From contig CM120642.1 in the NCBI GenBank assembly GCA_051362555.1, forward strand, positions 9,300,001 to 9,364,000: DNA of 64,000 nt, given 5' to 3'. The position numbers and the translations under genes were made by a program. The notes below the pieces were generated by a model. It was not told the origin of the DNA and did no database searches. It was given only the letters and a program-made list of their open reading frames with translations. This document shows positions 26,501 through 40,600 of this stretch, piece after piece. The first letter of the stretch is position 1. Each line of letters begins with the position of its first letter. Origin of the DNA: Lingula anatina (Eukaryota; Animalia; Brachiopoda).

Positions 26501-29500
26501 TTTCAAGTTTTTTTTTAAGACAAACTCTATGAACACCTGAAGGGACATTTTACAAAATGATCATTATTGGATATTTCTTTGTTTTTCAAAGAGCTAAATC
26601 TCACTTGTTCCTGAGAGGCATGCTGCATGGTTTATAGGAAAAAAAACACTGACAACTGCTCAAAAACGCATTTCAGTGGCCAAGTCTATTATTCTACCAT
26701 GCAGGATAGGGTAAGAAGAGCACTAGGTCAGTAGATGATAAGCTCTATGAAATTAAGGAGGACCCCAGGAAAACAGCTGGAATGATTTTTTATGTCTTAA
26801 ATCTGAAAAATTGTACCTTCAGGAGAAGAAAAAAATTATCTTCATGCTCAATGCATGTCCTCAGTTGCCCTGAAGTAAACCATCCTCAGTGGTAATGTTG
26901 CTTGGGAAATTAAGTCTGTTTCAATTTAAGTGCATAATGTCTGGTAATTGAAGATAAGGTAGAGTATGAAGATGTGTTTTAAAGGTCACAGGAAAGAGAG
27001 ACAACACTGAATGGTGAATGCCAGTAAAGGAATGTTTAAATTATGTTTTTGTGTACAGTTCCCATACAATAATGGTTCATTAAAAAACTGTTTAGTGATT
27101 TTTAATAATTTAGTATTACTTTGTTAGTATTCATCTAGTATTCATCAAGTATTTCTTTGTTTGTAAGTGACTGAAGCAGTACTAGGTTGCTTTGATAATA
27201 CAATGTAGATTTGGCAATGATATGCATGTATTTCATAAATGGCATAGTGTGGAGAGAGAGAGAGAGAGAAATTTTGGCATAATTCCTAATGATTCATACT
27301 TACATATTTGATCACCTTTACTTGTAGGGAAGCAGCATCTTGGTCATACAGTTCAGCTGAAATTAGTATAAAATAAACATATACAGATATACATCATTGG
27401 GATAAATGAGATGGATGAAACAAAGAAGTACTGAAATGTGTGAGAAAGTTAACGAAGTGTGTGAGAAAGGGAAAATGTCAACAACTTTGGGGAAAAAATT
27501 CACTTTCGAAAAATGATCCATTTTACTCAACCACATAGCTTATGAAAATAAAAGGTCAAAAATACAACCACAAATATGAGAGCATTTCATAAGGGAACAT
27601 TTTACAATCAACCTGGCGACAGGATCCAGGCCATATGCAACCAACTGATGGCTGCAACTATGATTGATAACCATGCTCTGATAATAGAAAGCCACCAGGA
27701 AAAGGCAACAGAAATGACAGACCATTGATCTGATGGAAAAGTACTACAGAGCCATTTCATTGGCACCTTGTACAAAGTTAGTGTGTATCAATACAGTGAG
27801 CTCAATATCCCTTCTTATAGTTGTTACATTCAATGTTTTTGTCAAGTTCTAAGAGTGGACACAGAGTTTCAAGACGCCACCATCTTGTGCAACAGAAGCC
27901 AATAAGTGTTAAGTCACATTTTCATCATTGCCCTTACATATATGAACTATTAGTATTATATGTACCATAACAGTGTGAATCTAACAGTAGCATACAAATA
28001 TTGACCAGGGTAACCAACCCTTATGCCCCCCCCTCCCTCCCCACCAGAGTCTGCAATTTGAGCCTATTTGTAATTTTCATCCTTAACTAAGTTTGTGCAG
28101 TTCCTTTCAACATTTTTTTTTTCAATGTTACTGATGCTGAACTGCTTGCCACTTATTAGTTAAGGATCTCAGGGTAAGGGTATTCTAGCTCTCCTCCCCT
28201 CCCCCATCCCACCCAAAACAAATTTTCCTAAAAACTGACCATTTTCTTACCGCATAATTGAAGGATAGCCTCACTGCTCTTCTCCTGGGAGTTCTCTTTA
28301 TACATGGGTCTCGGCATATCAGTGGCCCTGTATGGACTCTGCTTCAGGCGGTAGTGGCAGGCCGCTATCTGCAATAGCAAAACAAATAAATTGAGACATT
28401 ATGACGAGCAGGGTATTCAACAAGGATGAGACTCTCTTTTAGTGAAATAGTCCGGGCATATGACATGGGGTTCAGCGGGCTGCCTAGGCCCCTGATAAAT
28501 TTGGCTCTCAAAAAGTCTGAAATCTGCCTTTAGTTGGAAAAATCTCATTCCTGATTCAAGTCCCTTCTCTTTGAATATGAAAACCAGTGTGTGTAGGTGT
28601 GTGTGCACGCATGTGTGCATCCTTGCAGTCATGCATGAGCACATGTGAGAGCTTGGCAAATTGATCTCAATCAAAAACTTAACAAGTTTATAGCCTTTGT
28701 TAAGTATGTCCACATGTTTTCCCCATGGATACAAGTTCAGTTTGAGGATGTTCACAACAGATGAACCTTGGACCTACAGATCCACGGATCAAATATGGCA
28801 GACCCTATATCCACTGATGGTCTCCCTACCTCCACACATGCCATCCTTGCAGGGATCTAACAATTAAGTCTCGTGAGCCATGGAGGGAGGAGGGGGGACC
28901 ATCAGCACATTAGTCAGTTCTTCTTTCATGTAGGATCTGTCATATTTGATCAGCGGATCTGTAGATCCAAGGATCATCTGTTGTGAATGTCCTCTTTGAA
29001 GTGAAAAAGGGTCTAAACCAGTCAGGGATTATCTCCAGTCTTTTTTCTCACTTATCAGGCTTTTCTGCTTGTCCCCTTGGTGTCTGCATGAACAGTTTCA
29101 GAACCTTCTTGCTCACCTACCCTTCAATGAACAATCCAGCTGTGTTAATGCATCATGATTGCATGTGGAGAGACAAAATGCAGTATTTAGTTCATACTTA
29201 TTTCCCAGGTTGACAGTGAGGGACAAGTGGCCCTCAATGCACAATTACCAAATGGAACCAGAAGGTATGATAAATTCAGTGCTGCTGGCTTTTAAAAGTA
29301 TAAAAGCTAATGTATTGATGCCTGTGCTAGCTCTTTTTACCACATTGTGTGCAACCTATTAAATTATACATCTTTCCTGTAATATTATACATGTATATAT
29401 ATTGTCGCTGGTATTCCCTGGAGACTGCTGTTCTAATATGCCACTAACTGGATTGCTGTGGCATCTTTTAAACATAAAGAATTGATTGGCGGTTAGTTGA

Positions 29501-32447
29501 TGACGCAGGGAAACTAGGCAACTGTTGACAGTAAACCACACAGACTGACAGCATTGTATCTAGACTGACATCGTTTGGTTCATGCTGACAGCCATTCTGT
29601 CAACTTGAAAGTAGTACATCTAGGTTAGCTGTCTTCTATTCAAGCCAATTGTCTTTTAGCCAGGCTAAGAGGCCTCCAGCTAGTACCCTACGTTCTAGAT
29701 TTCGGTATTGCTAGCTTGATCTTGATTTCATACATAACCCACATCAGCAATACCAACTCTAGCCACCACCGGCATACTGCCTAGGTGCTTCCATATTTTG
29801 GAGTCACATGTCTTGTACAGCTCTGTCACAGCTCTGTCCTGCCTTGAGCTGCCATCATCTCGTGCAGACGAGATTAAAAAAAAAGTGACCGACTCAGAGG
29901 TTGAAGTTCTAACTAAGAGCACCTTGCAATCAGAAATCAGTGCCACAACACAAGCGCCTTTCTGCTTTAAAACTGATTTTTTGGTGTAGCCATTGCCCAC
30001 TCCTTATAGTGGTATCAGCCATAGCTGAGCCATCAAACTTGGCACATGGCAAGCACATGTATTGTTGTGTTTATATCTTTAGGAACAAATGTTTTTTGAT
30101 AAGCAATAAAATACAAAAACATATGGAATATTTTTTAAATAAATAATCAATTTTTCAATTGACGTCTTAAATACAGTAAATAAAATTCATTAAAGCAAAA
30201 TTAAATCCGTTTTTCTATTAATTTTGGACTAATGACATTCAACTGCAGATTCACTGCAGAGCAGTATCTTTCATTGATGGATAATCAAAATTGTCCCTAT
30301 TCTTCAGGTGCACTGTACAGCTAACACCTGAAAAGGTATAGTGAGCAAGCTGGCTTTTTAGTGCCCTGACACTCAGGGTACCAGCCAGTGAACTGCACGT
30401 TTTCCAGGTTGATAGTATTATTGTTCCAGATAGAGCAGCCATATTAGCAGGCTACTAGTCTTCCATTCAGACTATAAGATATCTATCCAAGTTGATTCCT
30501 CTAAACTTTATACATAGAGGATTCCTGATTTTATTTATTATTTTTGCATTACAAAAAAAAAAAAAAAAAATCACTTACCCTTCTCATGTCTGGAGTTAAA
30601 TGGCATCCTGGTGAAATTTCAAAACAGGGATGTACGTGATGCCAACATTTATCAATAATTGATGGGTTCTTGATGGCACATAAAAAGAACTTGTGTAGAG
30701 AGCAATGATACACTAATGGCAATGGATCTTCGTCAAAACCGCTATAATGATCAACTCAACCATAGTGTGTCACAGCTATTTCCCATTTGCTTACAATAAT
30801 AATGAAAATACATCAGCATTGACAAATGTTCAAAGTAAACTGGGGCAATCATTTTTGCCAGTATATTTTGCTTTTAGGATATGATATGTTTCTACTGCAT
30901 GTTTTCCATCATTAGCGTCAGAAATTTCCATTGATAGATGATGGTACTATTATAGTGCTCTTGGTCTGTACATATATACATATATTCCAAATTAGTTTAC
31001 CTCGTTTGACACAGTGATATGGTCCTGCTATCCGTTAGAGAGTCACAGCCCTATATCTGTATTTAAAAAAATACACTGTTTCATGCTCAGCATTCCAGGG
31101 AATTGACTGCCATTTTGTTCAGAGAGAATTTCCTCCAAAATGCTGGCATGGTGCAATTTTTTGCAAGTACAGTTATTTCCATGCCACTTCAAAACTTTCA
31201 AGTTGAAAATGATATATAGTACATACTAACATTTCGACCCTTTTTGGTTTGTTATTTTGTTGTCTTTCAAAAAACCAGACCAGTCTGCAGCCATGTGGGC
31301 ACAGGCATTTGAAGTCTGGCTGGCAACTTTTTTTTTCTCTTGTCATATCATTTGACAAACTAAAAGCTGGGGTCTTCATGCAGAAATGCACCTAAGATTC
31401 ATTACATTATGTACATTTACCAATTTAGGTGAAAGCCAAGAGAATCTCTACTAGTAACTACATGACATGTTTACCAGACAGGTTGCATAAGGAGCTTTAA
31501 ACATATTGTCGCCAAGTCAAGTTGCTACAGCACGAAAACAATGTCCCTTCAACAGGTGCAGAATTAATTGCTTCCAGATGGCCAAAAAAGACGGTCACAC
31601 TGGAGAAAAGTGCATGTAATTAAATAATATATAATCTGTAGCCCTAGTAGAGGGTACTGTAGCAATGCCATATGATTTTGTAGTTTATCTTCTCTATCAT
31701 CTGAAATTATGTCTGCTAGTTTGAGTATAAATGATCTTCCAAAAGTTTTTATTTTGATATCACTTGTTTATTTATTCCATATGCTTTCTTTCCTTTTTAT
31801 CAATTATGCATTCATTACCAAGTTGTTGAATTGAGGTGTTCAATCAGAAATAGTTCCGATTGATTTAATTTCAAAATGTAGCATGGTATATAAAGTAGTA
31901 AACAACTACTAATTCCCATTGGAAAATGAATATAAATATAAAGCCACAATCAGCTAACATATTAGTGATGACCTAACAATACTTTTAAAGTGTTATTTTA
32001 AAGTTTACATTGATGAATTCAGAGAAGTTATCTGCCGGGGGGGGGGGGGGGGGGGGGGGTCAAAAAGAGATGATTCCCACACATTAATGGTAAGTTTGAA
32101 TTTCAATTGTGCTTGATTTGTTTTCATTTAGTGCACCTTATCAAATAAACAACACAAAAACATCTTGTATGTAATTAGCTCTTGAATGAATATACATAGT
32201 GCTATTCATTTGTACCTGACATTCCTCTACTCAGTAGGTTGCATTCTGTTGATGTTAATAAGGTAAACAACTAAGGAAGCTTACCTGGTTCTGCACTACT
32301 TCTAACTGAGAGAGATGATTTTCTGTCACACTATCGCAGACAATCTGAAACACAACAAGAGTCTCTTATCATGACTGACACAAATAATTAAATATTAAGA
32401 ATGTCATTATTTGTCCTCATAACAAGACTTTGTACCTAAATACATAT

Positions 32448-32495
<48 letters not shown>

Positions 32496-35400
32496 ACACT
32501 CACTTATTTACTACCATAAAGTAGCAAGGTTCTTTAATATGTCCAGTGAGCCTATAGCTACCAGTCTTCCCTAGTGCCCTTTACTGCGCAGCACCAATAG
32601 TCAACTCCGTCACTGTCACACTTCTATCCACATAGAGAATCCATACATCACTCAAGCTCACCATCCAGCATAACATATTGGACATGCCACACGTCACATA
32701 AATACAAGTCCCATAGAGGAGAATGGTACACTGATCCCACTGCAGACATTTAAGTACTCTACCACTATAATTCACTGATACTGCTTGTACCTATCTCATA
32801 CCTCAATCAGGACATACCTTATAACCAGGCACGCTATAGTATTATGACCATGGTATATTTTGGCCAAATCCTTAATAGTTTTATATATAATAATTCTATA
32901 CATGTAATGATTTAGGATTTGGCCACAATATAAATGTTTGTTAGTTATCATATATATATATGTTATGGTTTGTTGTTCCAGGCATGAGATATAATAGGGA
33001 CAAGAAACCATGCAATTTCCTTTTAATACTGCAACTTCATACCCAGACCAGTTTTGGTCAAGATAAGGCCACCAGACAAAATACCATTTTTAAGTTTTAT
33101 CCTAATGACTCAATCTTTTTATGGGGAAAATTTCAGTTTTTCAAATTCATAAATTCAGAATTATTAAAAAAACACATTTTTATATAGCATTTGTGGTGCT
33201 TTTACAGTATACAGAAAATGAATATGTAAGGTATTCTGTTTTTCGATTATTTTTCTACCACTAGACAAGAATTTGTTCTAATTTTTAGCATCTATGAATT
33301 TAAAAAATGCAGTATCTGTTAAATTCAAAATTTACCCCATTGAAAGATTGAATTATTACTGTATATTAAAACAATGAGATTATCTCTACTTCCACATACA
33401 AGGTTTTGTCAGTAAAATAATAATACAAGTTTGGAATTGCGGTTTGATTCGTGTAAAAAAGTATGAAAAAGTAACTTTTTGCGTTTAACTAATGAAAATT
33501 AATGTTGACAAGATAATATAATAAATGAACTGAGGCATGTAAGGCAGAACAGTAGACTAACTAGTCTGTGGATCAAATATGGTGACCCATTTCAAAGCTT
33601 GCCATCTTATCCCCTAATAAACACTGAATATATTTCCCATGGGTATTACGCAACAAGCACTCTAGAGGGTTCGCCATATTTGATATGCAGGCTAGCTACT
33701 AGGTCTGCTATTGTGAATGCTGCCAAAACATCTGATTACTTATTACGTGTAGACCAACAGTGAACTTCAAGAGATTCTCCTCTGAACAACTGTTCTCCAC
33801 TTCATCCATGCCTGTTTCACAGACAGCATGATCTCAGATAATAAGCCCCAATTTCAATCTAAAATTTTCCTTGTATGAACAAATCTTAAACTATCTCAAA
33901 TGTATCCATATTGAAACACCAAAACCGTATGATTGGCAGGATGATCAATCACATTCCATGGCTTGTTAGCACTTTAAATACAACTTCTAGCCCACTATAA
34001 CTATGGTACACCTATGGTATGGCAAAGGAGGCACTAGTCTTTTGAGATTCTTGAAGGGGCTGATTTTATGGTACAAGTTACCCTAAGAAATGCTGGTTAG
34101 ACATGTTTCCTTAAGGTACTGGTTTCCAAAGATACCAAAGACACTATACTATACTTTGTCATCCGCTCTTATATTTTCCACTTTTTTAAAAAAAATTACC
34201 ATTTGAAAAAATCACCAATGCAGGCAGCCAATAGGCAGAGTAAATTTTCTTCCGAATTTCACAGTATGCTATGAATTTAGTATAAAAGACTTCATTTCAT
34301 AAAACAGTTTATGAATTACGGCACAAAGATGGTATAAGTGAAAGCACGACCTGCCAATAGAATTGAGAATTATCACACTAGCCAAATGAAAACAGACTTT
34401 TTTCTATCAGCTCAATGATCCAAAACTCTGGAACACTTTCCATTTTCTTTGTCCAATGTAGAATATCTTTTACCAATTAGCATAAAACCAGTTAGCTACG
34501 TGTACTTGAGGTTTCTTAATTGTCAAGGCATGATGGGATACATGTCAGATTGCACTCCAGATGCTCTTCTTTATCTTAAAATGAACTAGAAATACTGGAA
34601 GGCAAACAACCACATAATTCCGCTAATGAGACTCATAAAGCAGAGCTTTGATAAGCCCATTAATCTGAAACACTGATAATTGTTATCACATTTTCAAAAA
34701 ATATTCATCATAAAATGGATGAATTGATCTACTCATGACATGCATGCCTACCTATAAACTGATGCTACTTCGATGTCTAATGATTCACAAAAAACTCATT
34801 TTGATAAAAAATAAAATAGTTTATAACTGTAACCCCGAAAGATGACATTCCTGACTATATTCACAAAAAATAAATGAACTTCTTTGAAAGAAATCCGAAC
34901 CAGAGATTCATTACAAAGAGTACCAAGTTACAGCCTGCCACCAATGGGACTTGCATAACATTTCTCGAATTTCAATTGTAACAATTCTTCCTTTTCTCTT
35001 CCCATAACCAACACTTCCTTGGGCAAACTAATTCTCAGTATGATAAATTTGACTGACCCACTAGCAAGCAAGCAAAAAAAGAAAAAAAAAAAAGAAAGTG
35101 GGGGGATGACCAGGATATCAGTCAAACTCTTCATGTAACTAACCCTTTTCTTTTAAATCAGATGATAAACCAGGTGGTCTTTTCTCAGGATGAAACCTTA
35201 CCTGCCATCCTGATAACTGAATGACATATCTCCACTGTGTGATGAACAAGTGACAGCAGCTAGCTGAATTGAAAAACCACAAATCTCAATCGCTGACTGA
35301 TACGGCCCAGTCCCGTGAGCGCCCTCAGCCACGGCTCTCCCAGTGACATTTACAACAGAAGAGTTAAGTACACTGTTAGGAAATTGATTTTTGCAAACTT

Positions 35401-35894
35401 TTCCTGCATATTGTTTCCCCTTTTCTTTCTAAAAGTCATGCATCACTATCAACATCATCATCTATTGAGTGTTTAGTACACAGCAGCAGAAAGTGGTAAC
35501 CCTTTGAGAAGATTTGAAAAATCATGTACGTGGGTGCCTAGGTGGCATTCAGCTTCTTCTTTCACTTCCCCTCGTGGGAATCACATTAACAGCACGCAGT
35601 TGAGAAGGATGGATTAAATCAATGAAACGAGTTGGAAAAGATTGCAGGAAGGCGAGAAGGAAGGGGTGGGGAGATTTAGGGTGGGGTCTGTAGAGATCGA
35701 GGGGTGAATGAGTATACATGGAGAGAGGAGGGAAGAGGTTAAGAAAGGGACAGGCTGAAGAAGGGATGGACTAGCAGGAGAGGCTGGGGTCATGAAGGGC
35801 TGTTGAAATATTTAGATTTCATTCCTAAACATGCAAGTGCCTTCAGACTGGAAAATACAAAACCCTCACACAGAAATCATTTAAACACACATGC

Positions 35895-35938
<44 letters not shown>

Positions 35939-37647
35939 CTGTTCGCTTGTAGGTGTATGCATACCTTTCTATTCCTAGAAATATACCTTAACCAATTTCT
36001 TTCTCAGTCTTCCACTCTGCATGTATCTAAATTGCTTCCTCATTAATAATTTTACTTAGTGAGATTCCCGAAACATGTGTTAACTTTATATCAGCTATCT
36101 ATCCCAGCCACCTGGAAGCTAAACTAACCTACATGCCATCTCTGTCATCATGGCTCAGCGTGTAACATAGTGAATCTTGTGTTAGTGAGGAAATCACAAT
36201 TTAAGCAATTTTCCAATAATTTTTTTTCCAAGAAACTTGTGAAAGTATATTATGTTCACAGTTCTTCTCATAGCCATATGACAACAGGTGTCTACGGTAA
36301 TGGTAGTTTAATGGTAGATTACCCCCAAAAGCCAATATTCCTCTGGAGGGAGGGGGGGAGCAATTTTCGCCTACTCGTGGATCATTGCTTGACCCATCCA
36401 TTCAGTTGGATTAGATGTTTTATACCATTTTAAATTTAATGATTTAATGAGTGGCCAGTAGTTTAGAACACCATGTCTTCCTGTACATTACAAAGGAACG
36501 GCTGACATCAGGAACTTTTATTTGAGGGGTTTCACATTTTATAAGGTCTGAATTGGGAAAGATAAGTAATTCTGCAGGGTATGTAAACAGAAAATATGAC
36601 TTAAGTTGGAGACATTTTTAACGTGTACAGTATACCTTTAATTAAGAGGTTTTAGTATGTGAATATGGGAAATCCAACAAAGTGGAAAAACCAAGCAGAA
36701 AATGTAGAATTCCTGACCTAAGTCCTCTTCAGATTATGTTTTCCTTAAATATCATGGAAACTGAAGATATTCTCTCTTTTTTCTTAAGTAATATCTTTGC
36801 AATAAAGCTTCCAAATACATAAACTTACCACAAAAATGTGAAGAAAAATTGGTTTTGGAAAAACAGTAACTTGACAACTCACTTGTGAGATACAACAAAT
36901 GATGTTATACAATGCATCACACTTAAAGCACCTCAATGCACAGAAGAGCAAAAAATGTTTTAACCAAATCATAAAATAAGAAATAAGAGATGCAATTATT
37001 TCTTGATGCCTCATGTGTGATCCACAACAAAAAAGCATCTCTGGTGACAACAATCTTTGCTTTGTACTGAAAGTACCAATTACAAGCAGCAGGAAATTTG
37101 TTTTCATGAAATTTCTCCATCAGAAATAAGAGGTGTCGTTTCTCTTGACAATTCAGATGTGATGCACAACAAACCCAACTTATATAACAGCTATGTTAGC
37201 ATTACACAATAAGCCCCTTTTAATGGTGGGAAAGATGACACAAATGACAACAACATCCCTTAGCAAAATATTAGGCCTGCCACAAACTCTCTCGCAAATT
37301 CACTGCAAATTTGCTACGAATTTGCTGCAATTTTGCAAGAAATTCCTGTAAATTTGCTGCAAGTTTGCTTATAATTTGCTGTGAATTTACAATAATTTTG
37401 TTGCAAATTTGCAAGAACTTGAATACTTTCTAGCAAACTTACTGCAAACTTAATGTGTTCTTGCAAATTTGCTGCTAATTTGCCAGAACATAAAGGCTTT
37501 TCTAACAAACCTGCTGCAAACTTAGTTTTTTATTGCAAATTTGTTGCAAATTAACTACAGTACCAATTTTTCTTGCAAACTCCTGCATTTCCTGCAATTT
37601 TTCTGCAATATTGTTGCAAACTTTTCATTTTGCTAAGGGATAAGTAG

Positions 37648-37684
<37 letters not shown>

Positions 37685-40600
37685 ATAAAAATCCATCTAA
37701 CAGCTATTCTAATGTTGATTTTCTCCATAGACTACTAGTACATCTCTCATTTCCTCCTACAATGTCTAACTGGTTATCAAAACTGAGCTTCATTAACATT
37801 TTGTTCTACTTCTGCTTGTCTCTATATATTGACATGTCTCAGACAGTCTGTAAGGAGGTAATCACCCTGAAAATTGCATTTGCTTTCATAATCTTCACAA
37901 GAATAATGAGAAAATGACAAGCTGAGGAACTGGCAAATTGTGTATTTCTTGTATAATCCACAGCAGATAATTTTTCCTCATAATTGCTTATTCTCTACCC
38001 CAACTTTATGATCTTATTTAGATTAGCAGTAAGAAAGTGCCATCTGCATTTAAGATTGGCCATTAAGTACATGCACTATAGACTAATTAATGTCATGGAA
38101 CCAAAAGACAAAAGAAACTGAATGAGCTGGAGTGAAGCTATGATAAATTTCAGTGGTAAGAAAGCCTGTAGGAAAGCCTGAAAATTGCTAGCTGTAAGAA
38201 TCTGAAGTTTTTGGGTATAAAGACCTGGGTTAAAATTTATCTCTGGTTCTACTTTTTTTTTCTGGAACATTAATAGCCAACATTTTGAAGTACACAACCT
38301 GATTGATGAAAAAAGAAGAATCTTGTTATTTATACTCATATTTAATACTCAAATTAATCAGGTTGTGTAACTTCTTGTCCTAATATTTTCTTTGACCTTC
38401 TTGTCTTATTCCTTGATAAAGTGCATTTATCATTCTATCCAAGAGACACACATGGTTAACAATATCAGACATATTAAGTATGTGCAATTAATTTCAACTA
38501 TCTATTTTCTTGGAAGTAATATATCTCATTTCACTGATGTTGGAAATATAACTACATTCATTTTGAATTCTTAGAAAGTATAGTGCTCAATAACTATAAT
38601 TGGATAAACTTTTTTTCTTAAACCAAGGTATTATGATATAAAGAAAAATGTCAGTAATATTCTACAAGATCCTAGGTCATCAAATCTGTTTTTAAAGTCA
38701 GACAGTTATTATCTTTTAAATTATTATTTGCAGTCACCATATAGAAAAGAGGACAATCATAGTGGGGAAATAATTTTGTATAATGTAGTAGCTCTGTTGT
38801 CTTAAAATGTGCTTTTAACTAAGTTATCTTAAAGCTTCGACATGCAGTCACTGGGAGTTTAGATATTCCAAATGCTGACTGCCAATAAGCCTATTTCATG
38901 AAAGAACCCTCTCCCACCCCCACCCCCCACCCCTGCCCAAGTCCTGCACCTTTAAACCCACATTTAAGGAGCTTGACCAAAAATAAATATGTGGTATTAG
39001 AACAAATTAAAATCCTGCTATTGTTTTATAATAAAAAAAAAGACATGGGTCATAAGTTTCAGACCAATACTTCATTTATATATAATTCAAGTGGACTATG
39101 ACTAACATATCTTGGCCTCAAGTAGACTAACTTTTTGATAAAGTTGAGCCTAAAACTTAAGACCATTTGTAAAATTGGTCCCTGGCTGCATACAGTTCCC
39201 TTAGAGGGTTGTCACAACTAAAAGAACAAGACAGAGATAAACTTAACCTCTTTCAGGTCTTAATGAGTTTGTTTACCTACAATTCAGAGGTCTATCCCTG
39301 TTGGTTCTTCTTTCAGATCTCTGTCCACACAACTGCTGTAAACAGTTGTTTTCAAGATTATATTAGAAATTGTTTTCTGCATGCTTAAAAACTCTTAAAT
39401 TAAATGATGGCAATAGCAGTTGCCAAAGAACAAATATGTTCCCGAAGGTGAATTGAAGCATGACATGTATAAATCTAAATATAAGTTGCTAAAGTGACTA
39501 AAAATAACAGCTATGTACAATAACTATGACATCATTTCAAACCAAACTGATCACCTTGAAGCACTTTTAAAATATAAACAAAAAAGCAGCTGTAACAGAA
39601 ATCAGAATTTCAATTTAAAGCTTTGGTTTTAATAGAAATAGAAACCGGTAAGTCTCCTGAGTAAAAGATCATTCCATTACAAATTAGCCAATTATTCTGC
39701 GCGTCATGAACAGCCTTTTCCTTTTTCTAATCACCTCAGTTGCTTCCAAATTTAGTAAGCAACATCCCATCCTTTGTAATTTATTTCTTTAATCTATCTT
39801 ATCTGATTAAACTTAACTGAACCCCTTAATTCATTTAGTAACTGGGAGAAATCCAAATGACGTAGTTTTCAATAACATGGGACTAAGTTGTTAATGCTCA
39901 GCAAGAGATATACGCAGAAGGCTCCAAGAAGGGTAATTCAATTATTTTGCACTGAGAAGTTTTGAGACAAGGATAGCTGGTCTGATCTGTGTGCATAAAT
40001 CTATATGCATGGATCTGTCTAGATCACTTTGCATATGACAGTCCCATTGCACACAGACCCATACACATAGGCCCTTGCACACAGACCCATGCACATAGGC
40101 CCTTGCACACAGACCCATGTACAGACCCATGCACACAGACCCACACACATATGCCCATGCACACAGATCCATACATAGGCCCATGAACAAAGATTCATGC
40201 ACATAGACCTATGCACACAAACCTGTGCACACAGACCCATGTATAGACCCATGCACACTAATTTATACATAAATTTATACATGTCATATACAGGCCTATG
40301 GTAATTACTCAGCCTTTTCAATGGCCAGAAATTATCAAACTTTCAGGTACTAGTACTTAATTCTATTATCACAAAAATTATATTTCTTTATAGCATTTGT
40401 GGTTGTTTTGTTGCACAGAATACAACTATTGAGTAGCTTTTTTATTTTTTTGTTATATTTAATTTAATTGGGCTACTGCTAATTTATTACTGTGGATCAA
40501 AGTAAATAAGAATTTGAGACTAACTTCCGATCCTAAGTTCCTTTTATGAAACTGGCCTCTGGGTTTGAATACACCTCCTATAAGAGTATTCAAACAAAAA

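Noticed and set aside
29728-30442. ORFs of 60-90 aa in a more GC-rich intronic patch
   Set aside because: No recognisable domain or compatible splice sites; could be old repeat or UTR sequence.
33745-33807. [21 protein letters not shown] as another first exon
   Set aside because: Donor CAC|gtaata is weak and there is no supporting homology.
37270-37625. Regularly recurring TTGCAAA units as a CRISPR-like or regulatory array
   Set aside because: Irregular spacing, eukaryotic context and enclosure by TIRs point to subterminal repeats of a DNA transposon.
39942-40321. Cys/Met/Val-rich repetitive ORFs
   Set aside because: Translations of a minisatellite.
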